A stretch of DNA of 64,000 nucleotides from Takakia lepidozioides. Lineage: Eukaryota; Plantae; Bryophyta. Position numbers and translations under genes: made by a program. Positions 49,768-64,000 of this stretch are shown in pieces; within the stretch, counting starts at the first letter, position 1, and every line of letters starts with the position of its first letter. The stretch is taken from positions 37,200,001 through 37,264,000 of the forward strand of contig CM060734.1 in assembly GCA_030704615.1 (NCBI GenBank). Direction: 5' to 3'. Under the pieces are notes generated by a model, which saw nothing but the letters and a program-made list of their open reading frames with translations, did no database searches and was not told where the DNA came from.

Positions 49768-52700
49768 CTTACTGCTCTTCCCATATTATTGAGAGATCCT
49801 GACAGCTTCAGAGAGCCTGGGTGGCTGGTGAGAAGGATCCTGGTGAGATATTTCTCACTTCCTTGCTAACAGACAAGAAGTTCAATTCCATGTCAAGTGC
49901 TGGTGATATCTGAGTGGTCAGACTCCTGAAGCTGTGTGAGTTATGGTCCCTTTATATGGATCCACTTTGCTTTATGCTCGTCTGCTCCAGATTTGTGCAG
50001 TCAGTAGTACTTGTTTGTCAGATAATCTCTGCAAGATGCTGCAGATGGCATGTATTTTTCAAAGACAATCCAAAAAATGAGAAGGTCAAACTGTTGACCA
50101 TTCTGTAATTCCCCAACATTTTTACAAAGCAGAAGTGTGAATGCTTAGCTATGAGAGGTATGTGATCCCTCCATGGAAGCCTATGCTTGTGGGCCATGTT
50201 GGCGAGGTATTTCAAAAAGACGATTCTATGCAGTTGGACGTGCAACACTTGATCACCTCTGATAGCAGCAGCTAACAAACAGAGCTGGGTTATTATGCGG
50301 CTTCTCTTAGTTGGAAAGTCCGGAGTGAGTTTGCAAATTGAGGGTAGACTCTGGGCAGCCATCTTCATACTATTTGTAATTGTTAGTTCTCCTGCTCACT
50401 GCCTTTGATACCTTCCTAATTGACCACTGTGCATAGCTGTTACAATGTTAAGCCTCCTTAAGAGCAATTCTTTTGGTACCTCTGAGTACTAACATGAATA
50501 ATTAAAAGCTAGACTTCTGTATTCTTTTTTTGGAACTTCACTTCCAAGTAACTCAGCATGTGAGGGTGGAGTTTCCAAGGGGGTTAATTTTTCCCCCTTC
50601 TCTGTCGAGTATAGATAATTTTTCTACCAAATCACAGTACGAGTCTGGAGTTCGGAGAGCTGGTGATCTCCGTGTTCGACCATCAGTAGGTGAGGGGTTC
50701 AATTCCCAGCCTCCTTTCCTTATATTGTATCATTTTCCACCCTAAAACCTCACTAGATTCTTAGCATGTATTCTTTTCTACCTAAAGACTTCAAACTAGA
50801 TCTGCATGCCAGACCACTTCCATTTCCTAAGTAAGTTCGTTTTTACAGGCTGCCTACCCTGTCCCCAGCTCAGCCTTCAGTAATCACTGTTTTACGGAAC
50901 AGCCTTCAGCAGAAATCTTGAGGCGTTTTTAAATGGGAGGCAGCGGACAAGGTGCTTCCTTGTTTTGTCTTCTACATTTCTTTGATCTTTACGTCTGCAT
51001 GGTCCATCAGCGAAGATCTGGATCGTTGAATTAGTAAACATTTCCGAGAAAAATGATATCACAAAGCATTTCCGAAAGTAATTCAATGCTACCCTGTGGG
51101 GTGCTCTGGGAGATCTTGGTTCTTGTGCAGGTTTGCCTATAGCTTGATGGCATAGATTGCAGTTTACTCTTAGATTTGTGCTCCGGAGGTGTATTTCTAT
51201 GTCTGGTTTTTAGCAGCTGTTCTTATCAGTAAACCATGACTGCTTTTTTCCTGCTCTTGGAGGTTCCCCCCATTGTTCGGCCTTATGGTTTATGGCCCTT
51301 TATGAGGTTATTTTTTCCTCGATCTTAATTCCAAATTCAGGGCTCCGCCCCTTTCTTTTTTTATTTAAAAAAAAAAATCAATCCTATCTTGCTAGGAGAA
51401 TGTGTGCCATTGTGTTTTGAATTTTTCCCCTCCTCGGTAAAGGGCCTGAATTTTGAGCCTGGTTTCCTTTACTCCTTTCCGATTATAACGTACGAATTAC
51501 ATTAGATATACATGTACACGTATCCCGGTACCTACGAGGTAGGTATGTATCCTGGGTCTCAGATACGTACAAGTACGATCCAATCTAGGTACCTTCCTAA
51601 GTTCACCTACCTTCCACCTGACACCGTAGGTAACCTACCTACAACTGCGCTGAATACGTACTTAGGGTTGGTAGGCAGGCAGGTAGGAAGGTAGGTGCAT
51701 CACTTTCCTCGTGCTGTACCTGTCGTATCGTATTATTCTTCATGTCATGTATAGCTACGTATAGCTCCAAATGGCGCGTGGTGCACTGCGATAGGTTGAT
51801 ATCGGGTCCACCCCACATCCTCATAACTGCATGCACACGTGCCGCACTCCGATCGAGGAGCCAGATATGATAAATAACAAACAATTCCGTCGAGGCGACC
51901 GTCTTGGGGCCCGTTCGACATCATTCTTCCGTTCATCATAGCTATTACTATTATTTTTAATTTTGTTGGATAAACAAAATTAAATATTAAAATATATAGA
52001 CCAGAATAAACCAGATAAGAAAGTAAAAAAAATAGACCAGAATATTGATGCAATAAAAGCAGAGCAGACTGAAGGATTGGTGAATCATTCCACAAAAAGC
52101 TGGGTTGTGTTGTCAGTGCTCATTTGGAGGCCCTAATGTAGTCACTAAACTAGTGCAGTCAATGCCAAGGTGAGCTAAGTGAAGAGTCAAAGGTAACTGA
52201 GCTAATGAGTGGGGTGTGAGGCCATGTAGTCAGGGCTAACTAAAACAGAGAATAGTCACAGCCCCTCTAGTCAAAGTCTCCCTAAAAGTTACAGACTACA
52301 GACCTTCAGTCAGGTAGGTCGTGCGCTAACCAGACACAGTCAGCTACATTTTTTTTTCTTAAAGGAAGGTTCTAAAATGACTCTCTATCAGACTACCTGC
52401 ATACTTACTATAGGTATTAAATTTTCTCACAACAAAAAAGAAAAGAAAAGAAAAAGAAAGTTCACTAGGTACCCGTTGGTTAAGAAAAAAAAAAAAAAAC
52501 CTTCCCACCCTTTTAGGGCAAACATGCTGACCGTCCCATACTGAATCCTCATCATGTGCAAGTTTGGTGGGGCAAGAAGCGATTTGATGAGTGAAGTGGT
52601 AGAAGGGAGATCCTTGTGTAACGTTCCTGCATATCACACAACATGATTGATCTATAATCACCCCAGTATCGATGCCAAGAGGAATGATTGTGATGATCTT

Positions 52701-55700
52701 GGTAATCATAGAATGATGACTGCCCATAAGTCTAATATGCACATATGTAACGTCCTTTTGAAGCGGAGAGGTTCGTAGATGCCTGCATGATTCATCTTTC
52801 AAGTCTTCAAATTCGAACAGTAATAAATGCTACTTCTCATCGTTGTCAACTAGAAGATGGTACTTGAAATGCTGACTGATCAGAAAATACGCTCTAATGA
52901 TGGCCCCACTTTGTTTCCTGAAGTTCGAATTTCTTGCCTTCCAAAACCAAAGCATCTTGAAAAATGGTGTGAGATGATGCCGCTTACCAAACCGTTTCGC
53001 TCCACTCCAATGAAATCTTTAGGTATATGCAGTTGGTGTCTGAGTATTCTAAGGATTTCAGTCCTAGTCTGAAAGAATTCATTCAAGATATTTAGGGATG
53101 TTGTCTCCCACACTGTCAAGTGATATTTTCTCAACTGGTTCTCTACCTACACGCAGAAAAATCTAACGAGGAGTCAACATGAGTACCTTGGTTTGCAGGA
53201 CGTGGGGGTCTGTAAGTAGTCTGTACTCCAAAAAATTCATACCGGGAAGCAATGGCACACTATCAGCCAGCAGGACGGTCGTGAGTGGAATATAATGAGA
53301 GCTCTTATTAGCTTCCTGGTACAAACTACAAACTACACCAATTTCCAAATCTTTGAGAGTCAAGGGGTGGGTGAGCAGTATTCATCGGAAACAACGAGAT
53401 TTTGTTCTGTGGCTCCTGACCCCTGACACTGACATCTCAGAGAATATATTCTCCACTTTTGCAGCAGACCCTGCTCCAAAAGCTTTTCTGTGACCAAGGA
53501 GGACTTCAAAAGGACTTATTAGCGTTGCAACCTGTACGTATGTGCCATGCATGCAGTGTTCAGTAGAAAGCTGGAGAATCATGGTAGCAGAGGGAAGTTA
53601 TGGCAATAGGGACTGGACGAGTGCTGCTGGCCCGCTTGGAGAGAGTCTGCACAGCACTGCCACCACTGCCACAAGTCTCACTCACACCCTCCTCTGTCCA
53701 GATCCTCCTGCGCAGTGGCCGCCCTGCAGCACAAATCCTTCCATGGGGCTCCGTGCCGGAAGCTCCTGACACCACGTTCTGCTCAGAAGCCTGAGCCCCA
53801 ACATTGCTGCATAATGTAACCTCCACTGTTGTGAGCAAAAACACCTTGATCTCGCAGTCCTGCACATTCCTACTCTACCCACACCACCTTCACCCTAGAA
53901 ATTCTGCGAGCTGCTTCCCAGATTTCATAAATTTCTCGTGCCATTTCCCTTCTGCAATCCAGTCTGGGAACGTCGATGTTGAAGACGGTGAATTGCATTG
54001 GGTAGGTAACTATGTGCGGGCTGTTTCCTTGGAGCAAGCAGGTACAAAACTTTATGCTGCCAAGTGTCCTTGCCGGAGCGCTCGCGTGTTCCGAGTAGAT
54101 AGACGGGTAGATGTCGATTTCTTCCGTACCGACCGGTAAATAAAGCGGGCGACGGGAACAAACCCTGCCGGGAAACCGGCTGATCCCGGTGGAAGCCCGC
54201 CGAGTCTTGCCGGTGAGCCACCGGTGGGCGGTGAACGGGACAGGTGGCGCGTAGGTTGGCGACTGGATCGTCCGGTTGTGTAGGCCGGCGGGCCGGTGTG
54301 GCCGGCGCTTTCAAACGAGGGCTGCCACCCCTCGGGTTCCCTAATCAGTCTTTTCATTATGAGCCGAACATATAAACTTGTGGAGGAGAGTGATACAGAG
54401 CTGAACTTCAGCGATGGAGGGAAGTGATGGGGCGCCTCTGATCGAGGAACGCAGTCTGTGCTGCAAGGAGAGATAGAACAATACTATGTGTCGTTTTCAG
54501 CCTGGATGAAGCAGTATGATTTTTGGAGAATGTTGAGACAAGGGAGATTACTAAGAGGGAGAGAGATTAGAGCGAGATGTGATAGATGATACTTGCGCAC
54601 TGGGATCTTATAACTCGGGACGCCGCGAGGTATGGTTTCGGAAAAATCTGAGACCTGCGTTGCGTTTCTGAGTTTGTGCTTGGTAGAGAGAGAGATTGTA
54701 AGAGTGATTGGAGAAGTTCTAGAGAGAACGGTAGGAGGACTTCTCTTGCCTCTGATTTCGATGAATCTTGAATTTTGTTAAGCAGTTTCTATGCTTTCTA
54801 CTGGATAAAATTGTCTTCTGATCAATGTACAAGATTTTGGTGTACATATGGTCTTCGACGTTCGTTGGTGGCTGAGATATCGGGACTCTTTCAAGGAGTT
54901 CATGTGAGCTTACGTTGACGACCATTTCTGCGCCCTGCCTAAGCTACTGAATTGCTTGCCATAGAATGATGTAGCTCGAAAAAATGTTTTGGTGGTGACA
55001 CATGTAGGATGCCTTTTGCAGATTTGGGACGAGGCTATAATTTGTAGCTGCACAAAGTGCGGTTGGTTAATGCAACAGGAGGGAAAAAATTCCTCTTGAG
55101 ATCATCCCCACTCTAACACTTCCCGGTTGTGTTCAGAGCCTGCGGTGCCAGAAGCTTGTCGTCCCATCCATGCTATGAGGTGAGAAATTTATATACACGA
55201 TGTACATCAGGAAGTAGTAGAAGAAGGCTTCCAGCTCTAGGGGTTTCGTGAGGTGTCAGAGAGACAGATAGAGAGATTGTCGAGCAAATTATTCGGGCGG
55301 TTGACCAGTCTCCTTAACTAGACCTGTCTATATAGATGTTACCGAGTAGTATGTCTGTATGTCTACGTTATGCAAAACGGTAAGTATCAGTCCTTTCCCT
55401 ATAACTAGTCCCAGTGGTTTTATTTCTGTCGGCGTATCCAGAACTTTGTGCTTGCTCAACTCAAAACCGAACTTGAGATATCTACACAAGTCTCGTTTAC
55501 ACCAGTTGATCTTCACGGAAGCACAGGGCTACGGAGAAAATTTCCACTTTGAATCGTTAGAAGTAGGCGGAACATGCATTTTGATAGTGTCGCCCCGTCT
55601 TACGTTCTCTATAAATCGTCGGTGCATTTCTCGTTCCGTGGAAAATCAAAATTCGTGGAGTGATTACATGCATTCATGAGGGAGACGTCATCCTTCTTGG

Positions 55701-56044
55701 ATTTATTGATGATGTCTGAAGTCTCATTTTGCAGGGCACTTACAAGCTCAAACTGGCATGGAGTTTCCAGTGTTCAGTCCTGAAATTCCAGCCTGCCATC
55801 TAAAAGCAGAAACGCCACATCGATTTCCCTGTACTTTGTGGACATTGTGAACGCAGCTTACGGTTCGACAGATTTGACATAGGATACCTTTGCTTCCAAT
55901 TCCAGGCTTACGGATCCAACCTTCTTCTTCAAAGCAAATCGTCGACTGATATCTTGCTGCTTAGAAAGAGAATCTGGCCACTCTTAACTCAGTTAAGTAA
56001 CAAAGAAATCAGCGAGTGGTACATAAGACAACGTTCGCTGAACA

Positions 56045-57391
56045 ATGGGCGCCCTCACCAAGCTCACGTTGAATCATATCGAAAAGGATTTTGGGAACTT
56101 GGATGGAAAGCTTATGCTGGTTCCGGCACACAAATCGCGTAGCAAGCTGAAGAAATTGTTTACTATCTTCCGCGCTCTCTTCCATTTTTTCCCGTTTCCT
56201 GTTGTCAGCCAATGCAGTGGCTTAGCATTGCCGGCTCCCTCTGATCATCCGTCGCTGGGCAGCCGTGTCACAGGTACGTATGGTGCTATACGCTTCTACT
56301 TCGTACTTCACCTGCGAAAGCAATTGATCTCATGTGAATGGACTGGAAGTACTACAATTAACTCTGCGACCTTTTCTTTTGTGCACGCAAGAAGGAAAAC
56401 AGGAAACTAGCAGTGGAAGACTAGAATTTCGTGATTTTGATCTCAGAAGCATTGGTAAACTTAACGGAATCACAACATCAACTTTGTATCCAAGTTGTGA
56501 CATCGAAATTATACACGAAAACTTCAGACCTCTCTGAATGCAGCTTCTTTCAAATGACTACCTAGGACTGAACTAGACTGTCTATCGCGATGACTGCGTG
56601 CATCTAGAGGACGGTCACGACTTCGCAGAATGGCGTCAATGGCACTTAACAGAATCTAGGGTGTTTTGTACAATTCATGCTGGCCATTTACTCTACACAT
56701 TAGAGTTTGCAAATCGCTTAAAAATTACTTGTCCGTCGCTGCTCTACCTCAATGTACACGCAAGGTGTTGAAACCTGGTTTTGATCATAGGGACGTTCAC
56801 TGACTGGCCACCGTAACGTAATTTGTCCAACTGGTATAAGTGTAGATCTTAGCTCTTGCATGCAGTGCTTTTTGTTCATTTGTAGGGCCGAGTGAATGTT
56901 AACATCGATCTGCTTTGGTTTTGACAGGTACATTGTATGGACACCGAAAAGGTCATGTTTACTTTGCAGTCCAGGAAGACCCCAAGTCTGGCCCTGTTTT
57001 AATATTGGAGCTTGCAACTCCAACGAGTTCACTGGTCAAGGAGATGGCATCAGGGCTCGTACGAATTGCTCTCGAATGTGAAAGAACAGCAAATCGAGGA
57101 AAACTGTTCCAGGAGCAGATGTGGACAATGTATTGCAATGGCAGAAAGACAGGCTATGCAATCCGGAGGTGCTGTTCTGAGACTGACAGTCACATCCTCA
57201 CGCTAGTACAAGCGGTCTCTATGGGGGCCGGGGTGTTGCCATTGGATGAAGATGGGCCTGATGGAGAGATGATGTACATGAGAGCACGGTTTGAAAGGGT
57301 GGTGGGATCGCGAGATTCTGAGGCATTCTATATGATGAACCCTGATGGCACTGGAGGACCAGAGCTCAGCATCTTTCTGTTGAGAATTTGA
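56045..57391 (+). CDS. MIZ1: MIZU-KUSSEI1-like protein (DUF617), two exons 56045-56273 and 56928-57391
   Basis: Splicing yields SLGSRVTG|TLYGHRKGHV..AVQEDP..LELATPTSSLVKEMASGLVRIALECE...YMRARFERVVGSRDSEAFYMMNPDGTGGPELSIFLLRI. Family member; orthology not established. Confidence 0.93.
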
Positions 57392-58776
57392 CAGGTTATC
57401 TTCGTCCTCAGAAGTGTCTGAGCACCTGTACAATGTTACGTGGAACTTAGCCTGAGCATGCACTTGGGAAAATCTGGCCAATGCTGGCAGCTCTGGAGCT
57501 CTTCTTGTGGAACAGAGTGTTGACATCTCACAAAGGATAGGAGGATGGAAGAGAAAATGATGTTGACGGGCAGGGTCCGAATCTTGAGAGTCCTCTGAAA
57601 ACATATTCCACTGTAAGCTAGTATCACCCTATGAGTGTTCGATGGAAATTGGTACGCTATTGCATGCATGGAGTTGGCTGTGATGTAAGAGAGACGTTGG
57701 TGGTTTACGAGTGGTCTAGATACAAAGGGATGGATAGACATGCATGATATTCCTATCGAATCTGCGTGAGACTTGTTCGGGAAAGAAGAGAAGGCCTCTG
57801 GATATGATCTTGGTTGATGTTAATCCGCCCTATTTATGAAGATGACAGATCCGTTTCAAAGGACCTGAGAGATGACCGTTCAAGAACGGGTAACTGATTT
57901 CTCGAAGGAACGCACCGTGAGGAAGCCAGCAAGAAGACATCGACCTTGAGCGGCGGGAAGGAGAGGCCTCGAGGGTCCAAAAAGTTTTGGAGCGTGAAAG
58001 AGGTCATTCGTTGTAAAGTGGAGAATCAACAAACCCCGATGGACTGAGAAACACAGTGATATCTAGAGAATTATTGCTAGCAATTGCTGCTCGCTAGGAT
58101 TTGTTCCTTTTAAACTACGAGATCTTTACAAAACCTTAGTTTGATCACCTCTACAGCCCCTGACTAGATTGTCCTTAGAAGCACGAGTAGGAGATGGCTT
58201 AACCATGAACGCAGAGCTCCTTGAAGGAGATCCAACATTCCGAGAAGACTTTTCGGGTGGGAATCACAAGTGTGGGCTCCGATTGTGAAGAAAAGCATGC
58301 GTTTTCAATAACTACCGAGCCTGCGACCCAGTCAAGAAGGATGAGAAGACAATCTGTCCATCCCTATTTGTATGGAATCTTGGTGAAGGGAGCGCGCCAA
58401 GAAGCCGTCCCCTCCTTCTCTATTCCCCCCTGAAAGTCTTCTCATGTACATTCTTTCCGAGTTGGCCTTCTTGATCGTTCCATCTGCTTCAGTTCTTTGT
58501 TCCTTCTCTGAATTTCTGTTTCGGACCACTCTCTGGACATGCGTATGATCCACATTCCTCGCTCACTCTATGCATTTCGTTGGAAGGAAATCCAGTACTT
58601 GTTTCTTTCTCTCCATCTATGATGCATCCATCTGTTTTTGCTGCGATGTAATCAGTATTCGGTTTTTGCACTCAATCGTCTTCTGCTTCTTTCCTGTCTA
58701 TCCACGTTCCTAGACAAACCTTCCTTATTGTTGAGTGGATTCAACTTGACTGTCCGCCTAGATCTTGACATGTTGT

Positions 58777-58915
58777 GAGAGAGAGAGAATGTACTCATAA
58801 GGAGCTCATAAGACGTTGTTTGCCGTAGCCTTGTGGCCATTGACCCGGCACTCAGGTTGAGCCGAACACAAAGGGACAGAAACTACCTTTGTCAGGGGCG
58901 GACACCGGAAGTACG

Positions 58916-58946
<31 letters not shown>
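58777..58946 (-). repeat. Short retroposon 3'-end copy bracketed by (GA)n tracts
   Basis: Same sequence as 47500-47620 and 48430-48500 (GTTTGCCGTAGCCTTGTGGC...). Confidence 0.75.
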
Positions 58947-59343
58947 CGCTCATGAAACTGCGGCATCCTCTCCAAATTCGAACCAATAGACTCAGAGATT
59001 CTGGTTCATTGGAACGGGACTGAGCACTTTGAATACGTGTGTTTTCCTCCTGTCAGATACACGAGTTGCTATTCGGCCACGGCTATGATGGATTTATCGT
59101 GGCCACAGTTGTGGCTCCTCATCAATCGGTAACCCCAGCACTCTGAAGTATCTGAGCCTGTATTAGTCTATGAAGGGAGTTCCAAGATGTAGCAATTATG
59201 TGCTCTGGTCACGAGCTTAGTCTTTCCTCGGAAAAAAGCGAAAATTGCTCTATGAGCATGTGACTGCCAATGCCCAGGGGGTGTTGGATTAAGAGGCCTT
59301 ACTGGATAACGGGATGTCCGATACGTTTGGGTGAGGTGAATTC

Positions 59344-62300
59344 ATGGTTGAAGAGCAGCACAAATGCCAGGGGCCGGTGGTGAAACCGCGCACTATGAGG
59401 CTCCAACGGGGGCCATCCCTACCACCAGGAATTGCTGGTCATATCCTTTGTCATTCCCCACACTCGTCCTGTTCCAGTCTTCTGTTTGATTGCGAACTCT
59501 ACAAACCATTAATCCCTTAGTTTCATTTGAAACTACATAGATTAATCTGCAGCTTTTTTAGAACACATGTATCGTCTTATGAGCTCGCATCTTATCATAT
59601 CCACCTGCCATACCGAGCAAAGTAGCTCTAAACTAGTTTGATGAATGTCAACTGGTAGGGCTGATCTGTCATTAGTTCAGGATTTTTTAGCATACAGGTA
59701 TACCTTTTGAAGAAATCAAAGCCCCTACATCTAACTATAGGATTCGAATCTGCGTCATGTAAAGAACCATTGCTATTAGGACTCACCCAAGGGTTGCCTT
59801 TCTCATGAGCCTTGGGTTTTCAATACTTCTTCATTGAACTGAGTAAACTTGACAAGTGGGGCACCCAAGAAGGGAGAGCTCTATATCCAGACGGATGGCT
59901 TGCAATGGGACGGTCCCACCTCCCAGCCCGGGTCTTGCAGCTTACTGATTCCCTGGTGGGGTCAACCTCTGTACAATCACTTGTTGCTGCCGCTGCCTGC
60001 TGGTCCCTCTTCTCCTCATTACGCTGCTGTGTTTGCTCTGCACTCTGGCCCAACACAACTTCAAAGGTACGTGGGCAGGAGAGTGGATGGCTACTGAAGG
60101 CCCAGTGTATAGTTGTCTAACAACTGGAGAAGTATGCAGGTCTTCACAGTTGAAGGCCCGGGACAAAAATGATCGGTGTCTGAAAGGAGAGGAATATCTA
60201 TCTACTCGGAGAAAAAAACTTGTATTAAATGTCGTCGCCTCGAAGGCTGGACACATCCACAGGGAGAGGAAATGGAAAAGCATCGAAGTAAGCAAGAGAG
60301 AACTATAATATCTATAATGTAGCAAGAAATGAAACGAAATTTGGTACTTTAAAACGTCGTCGGGAAGCCTCATATTCGAAAGGACGGTGAAAGAAGAAAA
60401 AGTCCCACCTACCAGTCTCTATCCGCAGACTGTTGGCTGAACCCAATGCCCTTAGAAGAGAATAGAGGGAGATAGAGCTGCAGACAGGTAATTTGGTCGC
60501 TGCATTAGAACTATCGTCAAGAATGTCTCCAGTGGAACTGCAGTTTTGTCGTCAGATTGGCTGGTTTCTCTGTCAGAAAGAAAGATTGACAGAACTGTAA
60601 GTTCAGCGGTAGGCGACCAGCGAAAGCGAGCAAAGAATAAGGACAAGGATGAGAGTAGAGAGAGACACACGCAGAGAGGATCTCCACAAAAAGCCAAAAG
60701 AGAGGAGTACTGAGTTTGTTGGCAATACTCCTGCGGGATGTTACTCCCCAGCCAGCTGTGGGTTTAACACCCCTTCAGCTGGAAACTAATGTGACAAATT
60801 GTCACTGTCATACGGCTGTCATTGCCCTGCCGGTTGCTCTCCAGGCCCGGATAACCTTCAGGGGAGACAAAGAAGAGAAATGAAATGAAGATATACTAAA
60901 TATAATTATAGAAGAGAAATGAAATGAAATGAAGAGAGAGTAGAACCCGTAATATGACAGTTAGAGAAAGCACCCCACCAAGGTAGAGGGTAGAGAGGGA
61001 GGGTATGCAGTATGGCTGCAGTATGCACTCAACTGTGCCACCCATTACCTTTCTAGTCACCCTGCACCCAGTTTGCAGGTTTGCACAGCACAAATCGTAA
61101 GAAGAGGGAAACGTTCTTCTTTATCGTGCTGTTGAACCGTCATGTCATTCTACTCAATTGGACTTTTTTCTTTTCTTTTCTTCTCTTTTTAAAGAACAGG
61201 GGACAGAGGCCCTGGAAACTTATGACTTTTCAAACTCGACAGGTACTTGCAGGACATGGGTTTTTTGGAAATGACTTTGGTGAGAGGAAAGATACTTCCG
61301 GATTTGAAAGACAATTCAAGAAAAGTAATTGGAAATTTCTCCGTAGATGTTACGGGCCTCGATGAGGATCACTCGATCAATGGTGTGTATCCTGTTTTTG
61401 CAAATGGACGGACACTAATTGGATCACTAACTCTAACTATAAGAGTTGAGTTTTCCTCAAACCCATCTGCCAAGAAGGATAACACACAGAAACAAACTAA
61501 TAAGATACGGAAGCCCAAAATTGTTTCATCATTTGAGCAAAATGAAGAGCTTGCTTCTGCAGACTCCACCCTCCCTCTGTATCCCACAACGCATCTTGGC
61601 TCCCTCGGGAAGCTTGCTGCAAGTGTGCGCAATCAAGCCAACAATCCTTTCACCAAATCTGCTCTGAAAAGAGCATTACTATTAGCGAACCGTGAGCCAT
61701 CTATTGAGGAAAACAAGGATGCTGACCCAACCGAAGAAGCTATGAAGAGGGCCTCCATGGAAGAGGGGACCAGTAGCCTGGGTAACAGACACAGCAGGTC
61801 TTCACTCTCAGGGGCCAAACGCGAGAAGTTCCCACCTGAGTGGAACAAAACTTCCAATTCAAGCTTGAATGCTGGTGTTAAAGAACCAGCAACAGGGCAA
61901 TACACCTCACCTTACTGGGAGCAGCATGTGGATGTGCGTAAGCCATCGTCATATGTTGACAATGCTTACTCTGTAGACGAGGCACAGAGCTCAGGTGTGG
62001 CATCTTCAGGTACATCTGAAGGTAGTGTGCATCATGTATTTACCTCTCAGGATATAGGAACTCTGGAAATTGGGGAAATGGAGCACTCTCCAGGAACTGG
62101 CCTTGTCGAGAAATTTTCACCAAGGAAGGTTTCTGAAGACTTAGAAGATGCCTTCAGACCTGGTGAGTTTGAAAGGCTGAAGCAATTTGCGGAAGTGGGT
62201 GAACCAAGACTACTGCGCTCACCAAGGAAGAACGACTCTGTGGACTTTGAAAATGCCTCTGAATTGGGGGAGTTTGAAGGGCTTGTCAGAAGAACTGAAG

Positions 62301-64000
62301 GAGAGGCTGATCCCAGACTCCTGCGGCCACAACAGAAAGTCGGGTGTGCAGGATCCGGATGCATTCTGGATATGCTAAAGCTACCACACCGACAACCTGA
62401 ATCTCATTCCCGTATATCACCGAGAGCAGGTTTTGGCTTTGATCCTGGTGGAGCCGATGGGCGTGATGCTGCCAGAAGTTTCAGAGAAGAGATCGCAAAG
62501 CACGTGGATCCACGGCGTATGACGGAACGGAAAGAGATTCTGTCGTTGCCCAAATCAAGGGATGATCAAAATTCCAGAGATGAGCCGGCTGGGGAGAAAG
62601 TTGCAGGCGAAAGAGCTTCTCCTCAAAATGTGGTTACAGATTCTTTAAGCCAGCTTATAAAGCGTGCTGAGGCATTTCGTGAGGCTTTGAAGGGTTCGAA
62701 ATCTTCTCTCATAGGCTCAAACATTGTCGGATTCTCGTCAGCGGATGCTGAACATGGTAGTGCATTACATACCTCTGGCAAAGGGTCCCATAATGTTAAA
62801 TTCTCGCCAAGAGGTGGTAGCGAACTTCAGCTCGACCGTGGTGACAGCATTGATAGGTTACTCGATGTTCTTCTTGTTGATGACAAATACAAGGGTCATG
62901 GTAGGGGTGATGTTCAGGTAGACTCTATAAACCTGTCAATTGTCCACTGATTTTGGAAATCTGTAGACATATCAGTCAGTTGCAAGGAATTGAAGTCAAG
63001 AATTTTTTATGCTCCTTGTTTCTGCACAAGATTGAGGTGCAAGTTAGACTAAACATATTTTTCTTGTATGGAAGATTTCCACCCCCTATTGACATTTATA
63101 GTTTATGGTTCTCAGCAGGTCTTAATCTCATCATTGCTTCATATTCATACTGAAAACATAGCAGTTTTTTATACCAATTTCAGACAGGAAAAATATATTC
63201 AGAGGCAGTCAACGGGGGTGCAACTATTTGTTCGTGTCTGCAGGAAGATATAGAGGAGTCTGAATATATTGACGAGGGAGAGGTGAGGGCAAGTGATGTT
63301 GCCGAAGCAGCTCTTTTGCAAGCACTTTTCTTCCCTGATCAGAATGGAGACACTGTACACCCAAATCTGGAGCCTACCGTCTGCAGTGGCAACATTTCAG
63401 ATGCATTTGTACATGATGAGTTTGGAACCAGAGAATTGTGTGGGTCTATTCACAGCCCCAGAACTAGAGGGTTCGAAAGTGGTGAAATGCACCGGTCTAT
63501 CCAAAGCCCAAGACTAAGCGAGTCTGAGCCAGAAGATGGCTTGTGCTTGAGAGTAACCGTGGGGAAACTTGTTCTTTGTGGACCAGCTGTCAGGGACCTG
63601 GCTGATGTGATGCCCAATGATTTGTCACGGAAGTTGAACTTGCGCCCAGCATGTAAATGTTTGCTGACGGTCTCCTTCCCAGCCATTGTTCAACCATCCC
63701 CAGAGCAGCGGATTTCTGTCTCCCCTGTGAAGTTGGCTACTCGTGAGGCTCTCTTTGACCATCAGTCCCAGCTGTGCTGGAAGTTACCCTCCAGGCAATG
63801 CCTAAAAGCCTGGAGGTCCCAGGCCATGAGGGTGACTTTGGCCCTGAATTGGCACCCAAATGAGGCCCTAGAGTGTGCTGGCAGCATTCTATTGGACAAT
63901 GTGCTTAACTCAATGCCAGATGCTTATCGAACTAGCTTAGCACTCAGTATAGGGACCGAACCACATGGAAGTGAATACTCTTCAACCAGATGTAGTAGTC
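59344..64000 (+). CDS. C2CD3: C2CD3-like centriolar C2-domain protein, 5' part (runs off the window)
   Basis: SLPPGIAG (~59420), LLIPWWGQ...FALHSGPTQLQR|YLQDMGFLEM...INGVYPV...IGSLTLTIRVE resemble the C2CD3 N-terminal C2 domain. Exons ~59344-59433, ~59857-60066, 61243-62917 and 63244 to the end (open frame). The first splice junction is unresolved. Confidence 0.75.

Noticed and set aside
52520-54345. Possible decayed gene and GC-rich transposon end
   Set aside because: No recognisable motif, consistent frame, TIR pair or TSD could be established by eye.

Overview
Eukaryotic (spliceosomal-intron) DNA, most likely from a seed-free land plant: it has a PLS-DYW PPR editing factor and a C2CD3-like centriole gene, which implies flagellated sperm. 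The left ~44.5 kb is a nest of mobile elements around a PPR locus. It holds an apparently intact DYW-type PPR gene (minus, 26438-~30520) whose 5' exons encode OSB-type 'PDF' ssDNA-binding motifs, many broken copies of that gene, a 12.5-kb non-autonomous CACTA (32-bp TIRs, AGA TSD) carrying one copy, LINE/SINE remnants and a CDC20 fragment. The right ~19 kb has ordinary genes (CWF19L2, MIZ1-like, C2CD3-like). The main discovery is in three Ty3/Gypsy-type elements of unrelated repeat sequence (15226-21322, 32851-44346, 37627-41193). Two clearly show, and the third is consistent with, a non-standard split-LTR layout, A-internal-PPT-B-nn-A-B. All have a palindromic CA-nn-TG junction inside the 3' repeat and 4-bp TSDs. 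This is the product expected if a DDE integrase opens a circular two-LTR cDNA at an internal att site. All calls are by eye; no searches were run.
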